A stretch of DNA of 32,000 nucleotides from Halogeometricum borinquense DSM 11551 (GTDB lineage Archaea > Halobacteriota > Halobacteria > Halobacteriales > Haloferacaceae): assembly GCF_000172995.2 (NCBI RefSeq), contig NC_014731.1:240001-272000 (forward strand), read 5' to 3'. Under the pieces are notes generated by a model that was not told where the DNA came from, made no database searches, and saw only the letters and a program-made list of their open reading frames with translations. Positions 8,334 to 17,508 of this stretch are shown piece by piece. The translations under genes were made by a program, and so were the position numbers. Numbering within the stretch: the stretch's first letter is position 1; the number at the start of each line of letters is the position of its first letter.

Positions 8334-9335
8334 ATGCAGCTCGGCACTGGTCTGTTTACCTGTCAACAGCGACCGGACGATGACCGTTCGATGACCGAGA
8401 TTCACGACGAGATGCTCGAACTCGGTCGGACTATCGACGAGGCCGGTCTCGATAGCACGTGGGTCTCTGAACATCATTTCTCGGACGATAGCTACCTCTC
8501 GGGCACGATGCCGGCGCTGGGTGCGTTAGCGAGCGTCACCGACAACATCGAAATCGGGACGTGCATCGCGCTAGCGCCGCTCTACGACGGTGTTCGTCTC
8601 GCAGAGGATGCTGCGACGGTTGACCTACTTTCGGATGGGCGGCTTACACTCGGGTTATCGATTGGTTCGAATCCGAACGAGTTCGAGCAGTTCGGGGTTC
8701 CGCGCGAGGAGCGCGTCGAACGCTTGTCCGATCAGGTGAACCTGCTCCGGGGTGCGTGGTCGGATGGCCCCCTCGACTACGATGCGGAATTTCACGACGT
8801 GTCCCCTGATGTGACGGTGACTCCGAAACCGAAAGACGGGGTTCCGATCATGCTTGGTGGGGCCGCGAAACCCGCTGTGCGCCGTGCTGCTCGGACTGCT
8901 GATGCGTGGTGTGCTCCGTCGAAGCTCTCGATTACCGGACTGCAACGACGCGTCGAGGACATCCGAAACGTCCGAGAAACAGAGGATATCGACGGGGAGT
9001 TCCAGATATACATCCTCCAGCACGGTTGGGTCGGCGACTCGCGCGAAGACGCGTGGGAGACGATGAAAGACGGCTATCTCTATATCCAGCGTCGATACGC
9101 CGAGATATTCGGCGGCGAGCCCGTCGATGAACTCCCAGCAGAGCGAAAACAGGAGTTGAAAGAGCAAGCAATCTTCGGTACTCCAGATCAGGTCGTCGAT
9201 GAACTCAACGAGTACCGTGAGGCACTTGGCGACGACATCCACTTCGTGTTCCGAACCTACCATCCGGGAGTCGGCACGGAAGCGATGAAGACGTGTATCC
9301 AACGGCTGGGTGAAGAAGTCGCGCCGCGAGTCTAG
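8334..9335 (+). CDS. LLM-class (luciferase-like) flavin- or F420-dependent oxidoreductase
   Basis: 333 aa. The N-terminus MQLGTGLF...WVSEHHFSDDSYLSGTMPALGALA...RLTLGLSIGSNPNEF is typical of the TIM-barrel luciferase-like monooxygenase family. Confidence 0.85.
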   Translation: MQLGTGLFTCQQRPDDDRSMTEIHDEMLELGRTIDEAGLDSTWVSEHHFSDDSYLSGTMPALGALASVTDNIEIGTCIALAPLYDGVRLAEDAATVDLLSDGRLTLGLSIGSNPNEFEQFGVPREERVERLSDQVNLLRGAWSDGPLDYDAEFHDVSPDVTVTPKPKDGVPIMLGGAAKPAVRRAARTADAWCAPSKLSITGLQRRVEDIRNVRETEDIDGEFQIYILQHGWVGDSREDAWETMKDGYLYIQRRYAEIFGGEPVDELPAERKQELKEQAIFGTPDQVVDELNEYREALGDDIHFVFRTYHPGVGTEAMKTCIQRLGEEVAPRV

Positions 9336-9395
9336 CGCAGACCGTGCGCTGACGGGTTTTCCTGCGAACGTGATTCTGAGTGACGTGGGGTCGGT

Positions 9396-10412
9396 TTAGA
9401 ACTCGACTGTTTCGAGGATACCTTCTTGAATCCGCACGGCTTGTGGGAGGTAGTAGTCCTCGACGCCGTGAAGCGGCACCGGTGCGTCGAATCCAGTGAT
9501 ACGCTTGATCGGTGCTTCCTGATGGAGCAGTGCCTCTTCTTGAATCGTTGAAGAGATTTCTGCACCCAGTCCTCCCGTCTTCGGAGCCTCGTGGACGACC
9601 GCGGCCCGGCCGGTCTTCTTGAACGACTCGACAATCGTCTCGGTATCCAGCGGCGACAACGTACGCAAATCGACGACTTCGACATCGACTCCGCGTTCGT
9701 CCGCGAGGTTATCCGCGGCGATGAGTGCCGGGCGCGTCATCGCACCCCACGTGTATACCGAGATGTCACTCCCCTCTCGACGGATTGAGGCCTCAGAGAG
9801 CGGGACCTCGTAGCTTCCCGTCGGAACCTTCTCCTTGAACGCCCGATAGATGAGCTTCGGTTCGAGGAAAATCACCGGATCAGGATCACGGAGCGACGCG
9901 ATGAGGAGTCCCTTCGCGTCGTGCGGCGTGCTCGGGGTGACGACTTTCAGTCCGGGTTCGTGGACGAAGAAGGCCTCCTTCGATTCTGAGTGGTGTTCGG
10001 GCGCGCGAATACCGCCGCCGTACGGGGCCCGCACGACCATGGGAACCGAGTACTGGCCGTGGCTACGGCTTCGCAGTCGCGCGGCGTGACTCACGATTTG
10101 GTCGAATGCGGGATAGATGAACCCCATGAACTGCATCTCGGCAACCGGGCGGAGTCCGGACAGCGCGAGACCGATTGCGGACCCCACGATTCCAGCCTCC
10201 GCAAGCGGCGTGTCGATAACGCGCTCTTCGCCGAACTCCTCGTAGAGTCCGTTCGTCGCGCGGAAGACGCCGCCGTTTTTCCCCACGTCTTCGCCCATCA
10301 CGACGACATCGTCGCTTTGGGACATCTCGGTGTAGAGGCCATCACAGATCGCTTCGACGAGATTCAGCCTCTCAATCGGAGGCTCGGAGTCTGGTGCCGC
10401 CGTCGAACTCAT
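9396..10412 (-). CDS. 2-oxoacid dehydrogenase E1 component, beta subunit
   Basis: 338 aa. It reads like a typical transketolase-like E1 beta (VVVMGEDVGKNGGVFRAT..., EMQFMGFIYPAFDQI, VVRAPYGGG). It shares an ATGA start/stop overlap with the E1 alpha gene. Confidence 0.9.
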   Translation of the reverse strand: MSSTAAPDSEPPIERLNLVEAICDGLYTEMSQSDDVVVMGEDVGKNGGVFRATNGLYEEFGEERVIDTPLAEAGIVGSAIGLALSGLRPVAEMQFMGFIYPAFDQIVSHAARLRSRSHGQYSVPMVVRAPYGGGIRAPEHHSESKEAFFVHEPGLKVVTPSTPHDAKGLLIASLRDPDPVIFLEPKLIYRAFKEKVPTGSYEVPLSEASIRREGSDISVYTWGAMTRPALIAADNLADERGVDVEVVDLRTLSPLDTETIVESFKKTGRAAVVHEAPKTGGLGAEISSTIQEEALLHQEAPIKRITGFDAPVPLHGVEDYYLPQAVRIQEGILETVEF

Positions 10413-11557
10413 TCTAACACCTCGTTGAATGGCTCGTCGCCGTACTTTTCGCGGAGTGCATTGAGTTCGTCCCGTTGCTCTCGAAGCCGGTCGGGCATTT
10501 CGTCGTACACGTGCTCGAATATCTGGTTGGGATCGGCCTCTGCGCTTTCAGCCTCCGCTATTGCGTCACTGATCTTCGCTTCGATGCGATCATCGATTTC
10601 GGCTTCGATGCCTTCATCGAGGAGTCCTTCGTTATACAGGTATTTCTGCAACCGGTCAACAGGGTCCTTTTCCTTCCATTCGTCGGCTTCATCCGCTTCA
10701 CGGTACACTGATGGATCGTCCGCAGTTGTATGGGCACCGTAGCGGTACTGCACCGCCTCAATGAGCGTCGGGCGGAGTTCGTCACCCGTCGGGCTCTTTG
10801 CCTTGTTGAGGGCCTCCTTCGTGACCTGATAGACTGCAAGCGGATCGAGACCGTCAACGCGGACACCGTCGATACCGTACGCCTGCGCCTTCTGTGCGAT
10901 TGTTTCACTCGCCGTTTGGCGCTCTCGGGGGACGGAAATCGCCCACTGATTGTTGTTGCAGACGAAGACCGTCGGAACATCGAAGACACCAGCGAAGTTC
11001 AGCCCTTCGTGGAAGTCGCCTTCGGAGGTCGCCCCATCTCCGAGATGGCAGAGAACGGCCTGGTCCGTTTTCCCCTGCATCTTGTGTCCCCAGGCCATTC
11101 CCATCGCCTGTGGCACCTGCGTTGCGATAGGGATGTATTCGGGCATGACGTTGACATCGTCAGGAACTGCATAGCCCTCTCGAAGCCCGCGAAGTGGCTT
11201 CAGAAGCGACGCCAAATCGACGCCGTGAACGTGCTTTGCCGCGTGTTCGCGGTACGTCGGGAACAGCCAGTCTTGGTCATCCAGCGCATAGCTCGTTGCG
11301 ACTTGTGCACCTTCTTGTCCCGTCATGGGTGCGTACGTTGCGAGCCGTCCCTGACGCTGGAAGCTGATTGCGCGTTGATCGAACCGACGTGCGAGTTTGA
11401 TGTCCTCGTACATCGAGATCAACTCCTCGTCTGAGAGGTCGGGCACCGTTGCGTTCGGTCGCACGTTGCCGTCTGTATCGAGTATCTGAATTGGCTGGTC
11501 GTCCGCCGTGACTGGGCTGCTGGTGTCGTGCTGGTCGAGTTCCTTTTGTGCGCTCAT
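10409..11557 (-). CDS. 2-oxoacid dehydrogenase E1 component, alpha subunit (ThDP-binding)
   Basis: 382 aa. The ThDP motif is GDGATSEGDFHEGLNFAGVFDVPTVFVCNNNQWAIS. It is translationally coupled to E1 beta. Confidence 0.9.
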   Translation of the reverse strand: MSAQKELDQHDTSSPVTADDQPIQILDTDGNVRPNATVPDLSDEELISMYEDIKLARRFDQRAISFQRQGRLATYAPMTGQEGAQVATSYALDDQDWLFPTYREHAAKHVHGVDLASLLKPLRGLREGYAVPDDVNVMPEYIPIATQVPQAMGMAWGHKMQGKTDQAVLCHLGDGATSEGDFHEGLNFAGVFDVPTVFVCNNNQWAISVPRERQTASETIAQKAQAYGIDGVRVDGLDPLAVYQVTKEALNKAKSPTGDELRPTLIEAVQYRYGAHTTADDPSVYREADEADEWKEKDPVDRLQKYLYNEGLLDEGIEAEIDDRIEAKISDAIAEAESAEADPNQIFEHVYDEMPDRLREQRDELNALREKYGDEPFNEVLE

Positions 11558-12075
11558 TGGTGATGGTCGATATACCGGTGGTTAGTTTGCCGTCTGTGCC
11601 ACACGGCCGGTCTGGGCACCCACAGGACCGCTGGGGACGGAAGCTTGTGAGTTAGTTCCAGAGAGTGTGTCCGGTGTGAGGGCGTGTCTCCCCTCGCATC
11701 GGAGCGACTGCTGTCAGTTTAAATATAAAGAGGAAAATCGCGCTAAAAAGGGCACCAAGATGTTGAACTGGCTTGATTGCCGCGCGAATCTCTGGTCCAC
11801 TGACGGTCACCATATCTACTGCAATTGTGAGGTGATGACTTAATAGTTCTGTGAGACTTAATCACAATGTTCGATGATGATAAAGACTCAGGAGCAAATT
11901 ACCTGCCAACAATTGGTAGATAAGGGGTATTAGAATAAATTCATAGCCTCTTCATACTATTCAGGTGTCTTGTCACTGAAAATATCACCGGTCAGCTCAA
12001 ACTACAGTGACTCTCTGCTAGCGAGACTTCCACCTCTCTGTTGCTATGCTGGAGCTAAAAGCGAGAAGACAGAGA

Positions 12076-13503
12076 TCAGTCTGTGCTTTTGATCGCCTTG
12101 GACGGCGTCTCGCGCTCTGACCAGTGGATGAATATGATAAATGGCACTGCGGTTAGAAGTGTGATGACGAGGACCTCCATCGAGTTGACCGAAACCCCTG
12201 CGAGACTCAGACTATCGGTATAGAAGGAGAAAAGCAGGAATATCGGGAAAACCGATCCGATAGCATATCGCCACACTCCAGCGAGCGGGCGAGCAAGCGA
12301 ACCTGCACCTTTGCGGTACTCTTCGACAGCGTCCGGTCCAAGTACCCACGCTGCGTAGAACATGAACCCGATCAATCCGAGCGTCATGAGAAGACTCACG
12401 AGGTGACCTGCGACGAAACTGAACACATCTGCATTGAATGCGTTGGGCGCTCCCGTTGCGACCACTAACAGAAGCATACCGCGAGTAACTTTCGAGCGTT
12501 CAAATCCGAATTCGTCGACGAGGAAGGCGACGGGGATTTCGAGCATACTGATCGAACTGGTGATCGCAGCCAGGAGGACGACGAGGAAGAAGGTCGCTCC
12601 GAGGAACTTGCCAGCGGGCAGGTTTGCGAATGCACCGGCGATGCTGACGAAGAGCGCACCTGGGCCACCACTCGTCGGCCCATCTGCGTACGAAAAGAGG
12701 AGTGGGAAGACAACGAGGCCGGCGAGAACACCGATTCCGAGATTTAGGATTGCGATGCTGGAGGCGTCAAATGGGAGCGATCTGTCCTCCTCGATATAGG
12801 ATGCGTAGGTAAGCATCGTTCCGCCACCAATCGAGAGGGTGAATAACGCTTGTCCGGCGGCAGAACTGAGGACGGGGAGGAAATTCTTCGAGAGGTACTG
12901 CCCGTCGAATGCGAGATAAAACTGGTATCCCTGTGCTGCGTTTGGTTGGCGGAACGCCCAGATTGCCATGGCGGTAAGCAGAATTGCGATTCCGGGCATC
13001 ATCACCTTCGTCGTCGTCTCGATGCCCTCTCTGACACCAATCATCACGATGAGTGCCGTTATGATGAGGAACACTACCTGATACTGGAATGCGCTCATCC
13101 CGTAGTTGATCGCCTCGAAGTGAGCTCCGGGTTGGGCGAAATACGCGCCCGTGAAACTCTCTATGAAGTATCGGAGGACCCATCCACCGACGACGCTGTA
13201 GAACGATATCAGTACAATCGACGTGAGGACGCAGATACCACCGAGGAGTACCCAGGAACGCGAGCCTTTGAGCGATTTGAACGCGCCAACCGGATTCAGA
13301 TTCGACCGCCTTCCGATGACGAGCGTCGCTAGTAAGCCCGGAACCCCAACTCCAATGACGATAAACAGATACGTGACGAGAAATGCGCTGCCACCGTTCT
13401 GTGCGGTCATCCAGGGAAATCGCCAGATGTTCCCTAGTCCAACCGCGCTTCCGACCGCTGCTAGTATGAAACCTATGCGACTCGCCCATGTGTCACGTGC
13501 CAT
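12076..13503 (-). CDS. sodium-dependent transporter, neurotransmitter:sodium symporter (NSS/SNF) family
   Basis: 475 aa and polytopic. It carries the N-terminal NSS signature WASRIGFILAAVGSAVGLGNIWRFPW. Confidence 0.9.
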   Translation of the reverse strand: MARDTWASRIGFILAAVGSAVGLGNIWRFPWMTAQNGGSAFLVTYLFIVIGVGVPGLLATLVIGRRSNLNPVGAFKSLKGSRSWVLLGGICVLTSIVLISFYSVVGGWVLRYFIESFTGAYFAQPGAHFEAINYGMSAFQYQVVFLIITALIVMIGVREGIETTTKVMMPGIAILLTAMAIWAFRQPNAAQGYQFYLAFDGQYLSKNFLPVLSSAAGQALFTLSIGGGTMLTYASYIEEDRSLPFDASSIAILNLGIGVLAGLVVFPLLFSYADGPTSGGPGALFVSIAGAFANLPAGKFLGATFFLVVLLAAITSSISMLEIPVAFLVDEFGFERSKVTRGMLLLVVATGAPNAFNADVFSFVAGHLVSLLMTLGLIGFMFYAAWVLGPDAVEEYRKGAGSLARPLAGVWRYAIGSVFPIFLLFSFYTDSLSLAGVSVNSMEVLVITLLTAVPFIIFIHWSERETPSKAIKSTD

Positions 13504-13524
13504 ACAGACTCACACAACACGAAT

Positions 13525-13541
13525 GTATTTAATAAACTTTT
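13525..13541 (-). promoter_or_regulatory. putative TATA-like box for the NSS transporter gene
   Basis: The minus strand reads AAAAGTTTATTAAATAC, centred about 30 nt upstream of the ATG at 13503. Confidence 0.35.
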
Positions 13542-13696
13542 CTAAGAGTTGCGAATCCCGTCGTTTATCGCATCTTTTCTCCGTTCTAAACGACCCGTCT
13601 GGGCGTTTCTCGACACGCCCGAGATAGAAACCGCCCAAGACAGAAACTGAGTGCATCGACAGCGTCCGAACGCGATGCGATCGTAAAATCGCAGTC

Positions 13697-14815
13697 TCAG
13701 AACGAACGTGTGACCGATTTCATAACCTCCAGTGCTTCTTTCAGCGTTTCCACGTTGGTTGCATAGGAAATTCGGGCGTAACCCGCACCTCGTTCTCCGA
13801 ATACATCGCCGGGGACAACGATCACACCGTTATCCAGCACTTCTGAGGCCCACCCTTCTGGGACGCTTGGCATCGCATAGAACGCTCCTTCCGGTCGAGG
13901 CGTTTCCAGGCCGATATCATCTAGCCCATCCAGAAGAACGTCTCGACGGGTCTCGAACGCAGAGACCATCTCCTCGACGGGTTCCTGTGGTCCTTTCAGA
14001 GCGGCCTCGGCGGCGTATTGAGCCGGCGCGCTTGCACACGCCTGAACGTACTGGTGGACGCGTAACATCCGCTCTATTCGATCATCGCTCGCAGTGACCC
14101 ATCCGAGTCGCCATCCTGTCATCGAGTACGACTTCGAGCACGCGTTCACTTGCACGACGTTATCGGTCGTTGCGAACTCCATCGGTGAGCGGTGTTCTCC
14201 CTCGAACACGATGTGTTCGTAGACTTCGTCTAAGAGACACACAACGTCGTATTCGTCGGCGATGCGCGCAAACTCACGCATGTCCGACTCTGTCTGTACT
14301 GCACCGGTTGGATTCGCTGGACTATTGACGATAAACAGGTCGGTGTCCTCGGTGATTGCGTCTTCGACCGTCGCTGGGTCGAGGGTTAAGTCGTCTCGCA
14401 GTTCGACCGGTTTGGGCGTCCCTCCTGCAAGCACCGCGAGCTGCTCGTACGCGACGAATCCCGGGTCAGGGATGATTACTTCGCCACCGTTCCTAACGTG
14501 GGCTTCGATGGCGATGTGGAGGGCCTCGCTGGCACCGGACGTTGCGATGATGTTGTCGGGATCAACCGAGAGTCCGCTGTCCCGTTCGTATTTCTCGCTG
14601 ATGCCCTCCCGGAGGCCAAGTATCCCTTTGTTGCCTGTGTACGAATCGACAACTCCGTCTTCGACTGCGGATAGCGCGGCGTCTCGAATATGCTCCGGAG
14701 TGGGGAAATCGGGTTGTCCGATACCGAGGTTAATGTCGTCCTCGCTTGCGCCTTCGAACACTTCCCTGATCCCGCTGATATCCATCTTCTCGACACGCGG
14801 TGCGTACTTACTCAT
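13697..14815 (-). CDS. pyridoxal-phosphate-dependent aminotransferase, class I (AspC/LysN-like)
   Basis: It carries NSPANPTG and the PLP-lysine motif SKSYSMTGWRLGW. I prefer the start at 14815 (MSKYAPRVEK...) because it forms an ATGA overlap with the stop of the upstream wHTH gene. The track start at 14833 remains possible. Confidence 0.9.
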   Translation of the reverse strand: MSKYAPRVEKMDISGIREVFEGASEDDINLGIGQPDFPTPEHIRDAALSAVEDGVVDSYTGNKGILGLREGISEKYERDSGLSVDPDNIIATSGASEALHIAIEAHVRNGGEVIIPDPGFVAYEQLAVLAGGTPKPVELRDDLTLDPATVEDAITEDTDLFIVNSPANPTGAVQTESDMREFARIADEYDVVCLLDEVYEHIVFEGEHRSPMEFATTDNVVQVNACSKSYSMTGWRLGWVTASDDRIERMLRVHQYVQACASAPAQYAAEAALKGPQEPVEEMVSAFETRRDVLLDGLDDIGLETPRPEGAFYAMPSVPEGWASEVLDNGVIVVPGDVFGERGAGYARISYATNVETLKEALEVMKSVTRSF

Positions 14816-15159
14816 TGGTTTGCTTCCCGGCATTCACGTCCAATTTCATCGTCTGGGTCATACACATTCGAGTTAACGGTCTTTGAGTCTTCGACTGCTG
14901 CTACTTCGAGGCTGTATAGGCGCTTTCGCGCATCTTTCCAGTAATGCCGACTTTCGAGATACCCGTCATCTTCCAGCGTATTCACCGCATATCGGACTGT
15001 TCTGGCTGGCAACAACGTCTCTTCGACGAGATCGCTCTGCGTCAGTTCGCCCTTTATCTCTAACATCTTTGCAACGAACTTCACACTTGGAGGATAGCCT
15101 TCGAGTGCGGATGCTTGCTGTTCCCAAGACTGATCGTTGGGCTGTGCACTACATGCCAT
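14812..15159 (-). CDS. small winged-helix DNA-binding protein (MarR/TrmB-like wHTH)
   Basis: 115 aa. The stretch LTQSDLVEETLLPARTVRYAVNTLEDDGYLESRHYWKDARKRLYSL has the recognition-helix plus wing pattern of archaeal wHTH regulators. An acidic tail follows. Confidence 0.7.
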   Translation of the reverse strand: MACSAQPNDQSWEQQASALEGYPPSVKFVAKMLEIKGELTQSDLVEETLLPARTVRYAVNTLEDDGYLESRHYWKDARKRLYSLEVAAVEDSKTVNSNVYDPDDEIGRECREANQ

Positions 15160-15982
15160 GGTAGCGTCTGGAAGCTTTCATCCACCAAGTAAAAGTGTTC
15201 TGCTGTGACAGAAAATATACATATCTCGGACACTGTCTTCAGTGGGGAATCGCGGTGGCTCGGATGCGTTGCCGCGGACTGCCGCATCCCTTTGGTTGTG
15301 AACTGTTCTCTCTTTCTGACGGGTGAGGATCGGAGTATTTTGTGAGTAGAGGCTCATCCTATCGGACTTGACGGGGGTGAGAAGTCGTTAGCTGGTGCAC
15401 TGAATCCGGTGATTGAACGAATAATCCATCTTATCGTACGAAACTCTTGGACGCTGGCTGATGCACAACCAACAACTAGTTATACAATTATTTTCATTCT
15501 ACGCTGATATTTACAGATATTGTTTCCAAATATGTAGACTTAAATCTATGATCTACTACTATTGTCTGAAGAGGTCTGGATCAAATTAATCCAATTAGCT
15601 TGGACTCCCGACTAATTGGGAGCGATACATGGCACTGCGATCTCTATTGGCGACTCCGAAAACGGCGTCAGTACCAGCATTTAGGCTATTTACGGAACGA
15701 AGCGGGTTGTTCAGCCATTCACCTACCTATGCGTATTTACTCCTGACGGGACCGCGAGGATCATACGGTTCGATTCGCGTACTATAGTTACAGTCCTACG
15801 TGTGTAACGTACCTCTCACCAGGTTTCGTCTGCGAAAGCGGCTTCTATCGAACAGTCGAATCCAAGTTACTTGTATTTGTGGCTGTGTGATTGTGGCTTC
15901 CTATTTTCTCCCATTTCATGCTTCTTGGTAACAAGCAAAATCGGGATAATACCTATTGTTTCGCAGCCATATGTCGTAGCTG

Positions 15983-17344
15983 ATGGACTCCGTAAACCCT
16001 GCGACGGGAGAGCGAATCGCCACGTACGAAGCGGACAGTGATGATATCGTTGAGTCAAAGCTCGGAACTGCGGCTAACACGTTCGATGAATGGCGCGACC
16101 GGCCGCTCCGTGAGCGAGAGAAACTCCTTGCCTCCGCTGGTGATGTCCTTCGTGAGAACGAGGAAACGTATGCGACCTTAATGACTCGTGAGATGGGAAA
16201 GCCCATCGCTCAGGCGCGTGCAGAAGTCCAGAAATGCGCGTGGGCGTGCGACCACTATGCCGAATATGCGAGTACCTACCTCGAATCCGAGCATCACCCG
16301 AGTCCGCCCGGAACGACGGTCAAGACTGTCCACGAACCGCTCGGTCCTGTCTTGGCCGTGATGCCGTGGAACTACCCGTTTTGGCAGGTCATTCGCTTTG
16401 CCGCCCCGTACATCACCGCTGGCAATGTCGGGTTGCTCAAACACGCCTCGAACGTCCCGGGTTGTGCGCAGGCGCTCGAAGAAATCTTTCGCGAGGCGGG
16501 CTATCCCGAAGGGGTCTTTCAGACCCTCATGATCGGATCATCGAAGGTTGACGGCGTCATCGAAGACGACCGGGTTCGTGCCGTGACCCTTACTGGAAGC
16601 GGACCTGCTGGACGTGCCGTCGCAGAGACCGCTGGCCGGAACCTGAAACAGACGGTTCTCGAACTCGGTGGAAGCGACCCATTCATCGTCCTCGATGATG
16701 CCGATCTCGATGCCGCCGTCGAAACCGGTGTTCTGGCCCGGAATCAGAACAACGGTCAGTCGTGCATCGCCGCAAAGCGGTTCATCGTCCACGAAGCGAT
16801 CTACGAGGAGTACGTCGATCGACTCGTAAGTGCGTTTGCAGACCAGACGATTGGCGACCCGATGGACGAAACAACGGATATTGGCCCACAGGCGGACCCG
16901 GATCTGATGGCTGCTCTCCACGAACAAGTGACCGCCAGCGCTGAGGCCGGTGCAACTGTTCGTACCGGTGGGGAACCGCTTGACAGAACCGGCGCGTACT
17001 ATCCCCCGACGGTTCTGACCGACGTTCCCGAGGGATGCCCGGCTGATACGGAAGAACTGTTCGGACCCGTCGCAGCGGTGTACAAGGTTAGTGATGCCGA
17101 GGAAGCGATCGACGTGGCTAACGACACACGGTTCGGTCTCGGTGCGAGTATTTGGACGGCTGATCGAGAACGCGGCGAGCGCTTAGCGAACCGGATTAAC
17201 GCTGGCTGCGTTTACGTGAATCAACTAACCAAATCCGACCCTCGTGTTCCGTTCGGCGGCATCGGTGACTCGGGATACGGCCGTGAACTCTCGGGACCGG
17301 GCATTCGAGAGTTTGTCAACCGTAAGACCGTTTGGGTGGAGTGA
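15983..17344 (+). CDS. NAD(P)-dependent aldehyde dehydrogenase, succinate-semialdehyde-dehydrogenase-like
   Basis: 453 aa. The catalytic motifs are ELGGSDP and GQSCIAAKR. The N-terminus NPATGERIATYE is typical of the short SSADH-type ALDH subfamily. Confidence 0.9.
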   Translation: MDSVNPATGERIATYEADSDDIVESKLGTAANTFDEWRDRPLREREKLLASAGDVLRENEETYATLMTREMGKPIAQARAEVQKCAWACDHYAEYASTYLESEHHPSPPGTTVKTVHEPLGPVLAVMPWNYPFWQVIRFAAPYITAGNVGLLKHASNVPGCAQALEEIFREAGYPEGVFQTLMIGSSKVDGVIEDDRVRAVTLTGSGPAGRAVAETAGRNLKQTVLELGGSDPFIVLDDADLDAAVETGVLARNQNNGQSCIAAKRFIVHEAIYEEYVDRLVSAFADQTIGDPMDETTDIGPQADPDLMAALHEQVTASAEAGATVRTGGEPLDRTGAYYPPTVLTDVPEGCPADTEELFGPVAAVYKVSDAEEAIDVANDTRFGLGASIWTADRERGERLANRINAGCVYVNQLTKSDPRVPFGGIGDSGYGRELSGPGIREFVNRKTVWVE

Positions 17345-17508
17345 GTGCCGTCCGGATAATTTGCGGGAGAAACGCCGGTTCGTCCGGCATTTCTGATTAA
17401 TTATACCAACTGGCTCCGCTCGATAGACAACGCAAATACTTCACCAATCGGAGTCTGTCTCGCGTTTTCGGGACAAAAGCTAAATCGTAGACTCCTTGAT
17501 GGTAAGAT

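Noticed and set aside
11653-11840. Two micro-ORFs around a TTTAAATATAAA box upstream of E1 alpha. One is a 53-aa minus-strand ORF (11653..11814, MVTVSGPEIRAAIKPVQHLGALFSAIFLFIFK...). The other is a 26-aa plus-strand Cys/His-rich ORF starting at 11760.
   Set aside because: They are short and mutually overlapping. The 53-aa frame reads through the AT-rich box itself. There is no recognisable family and no halophile-like acidity, so the evidence is insufficient to call either a gene.
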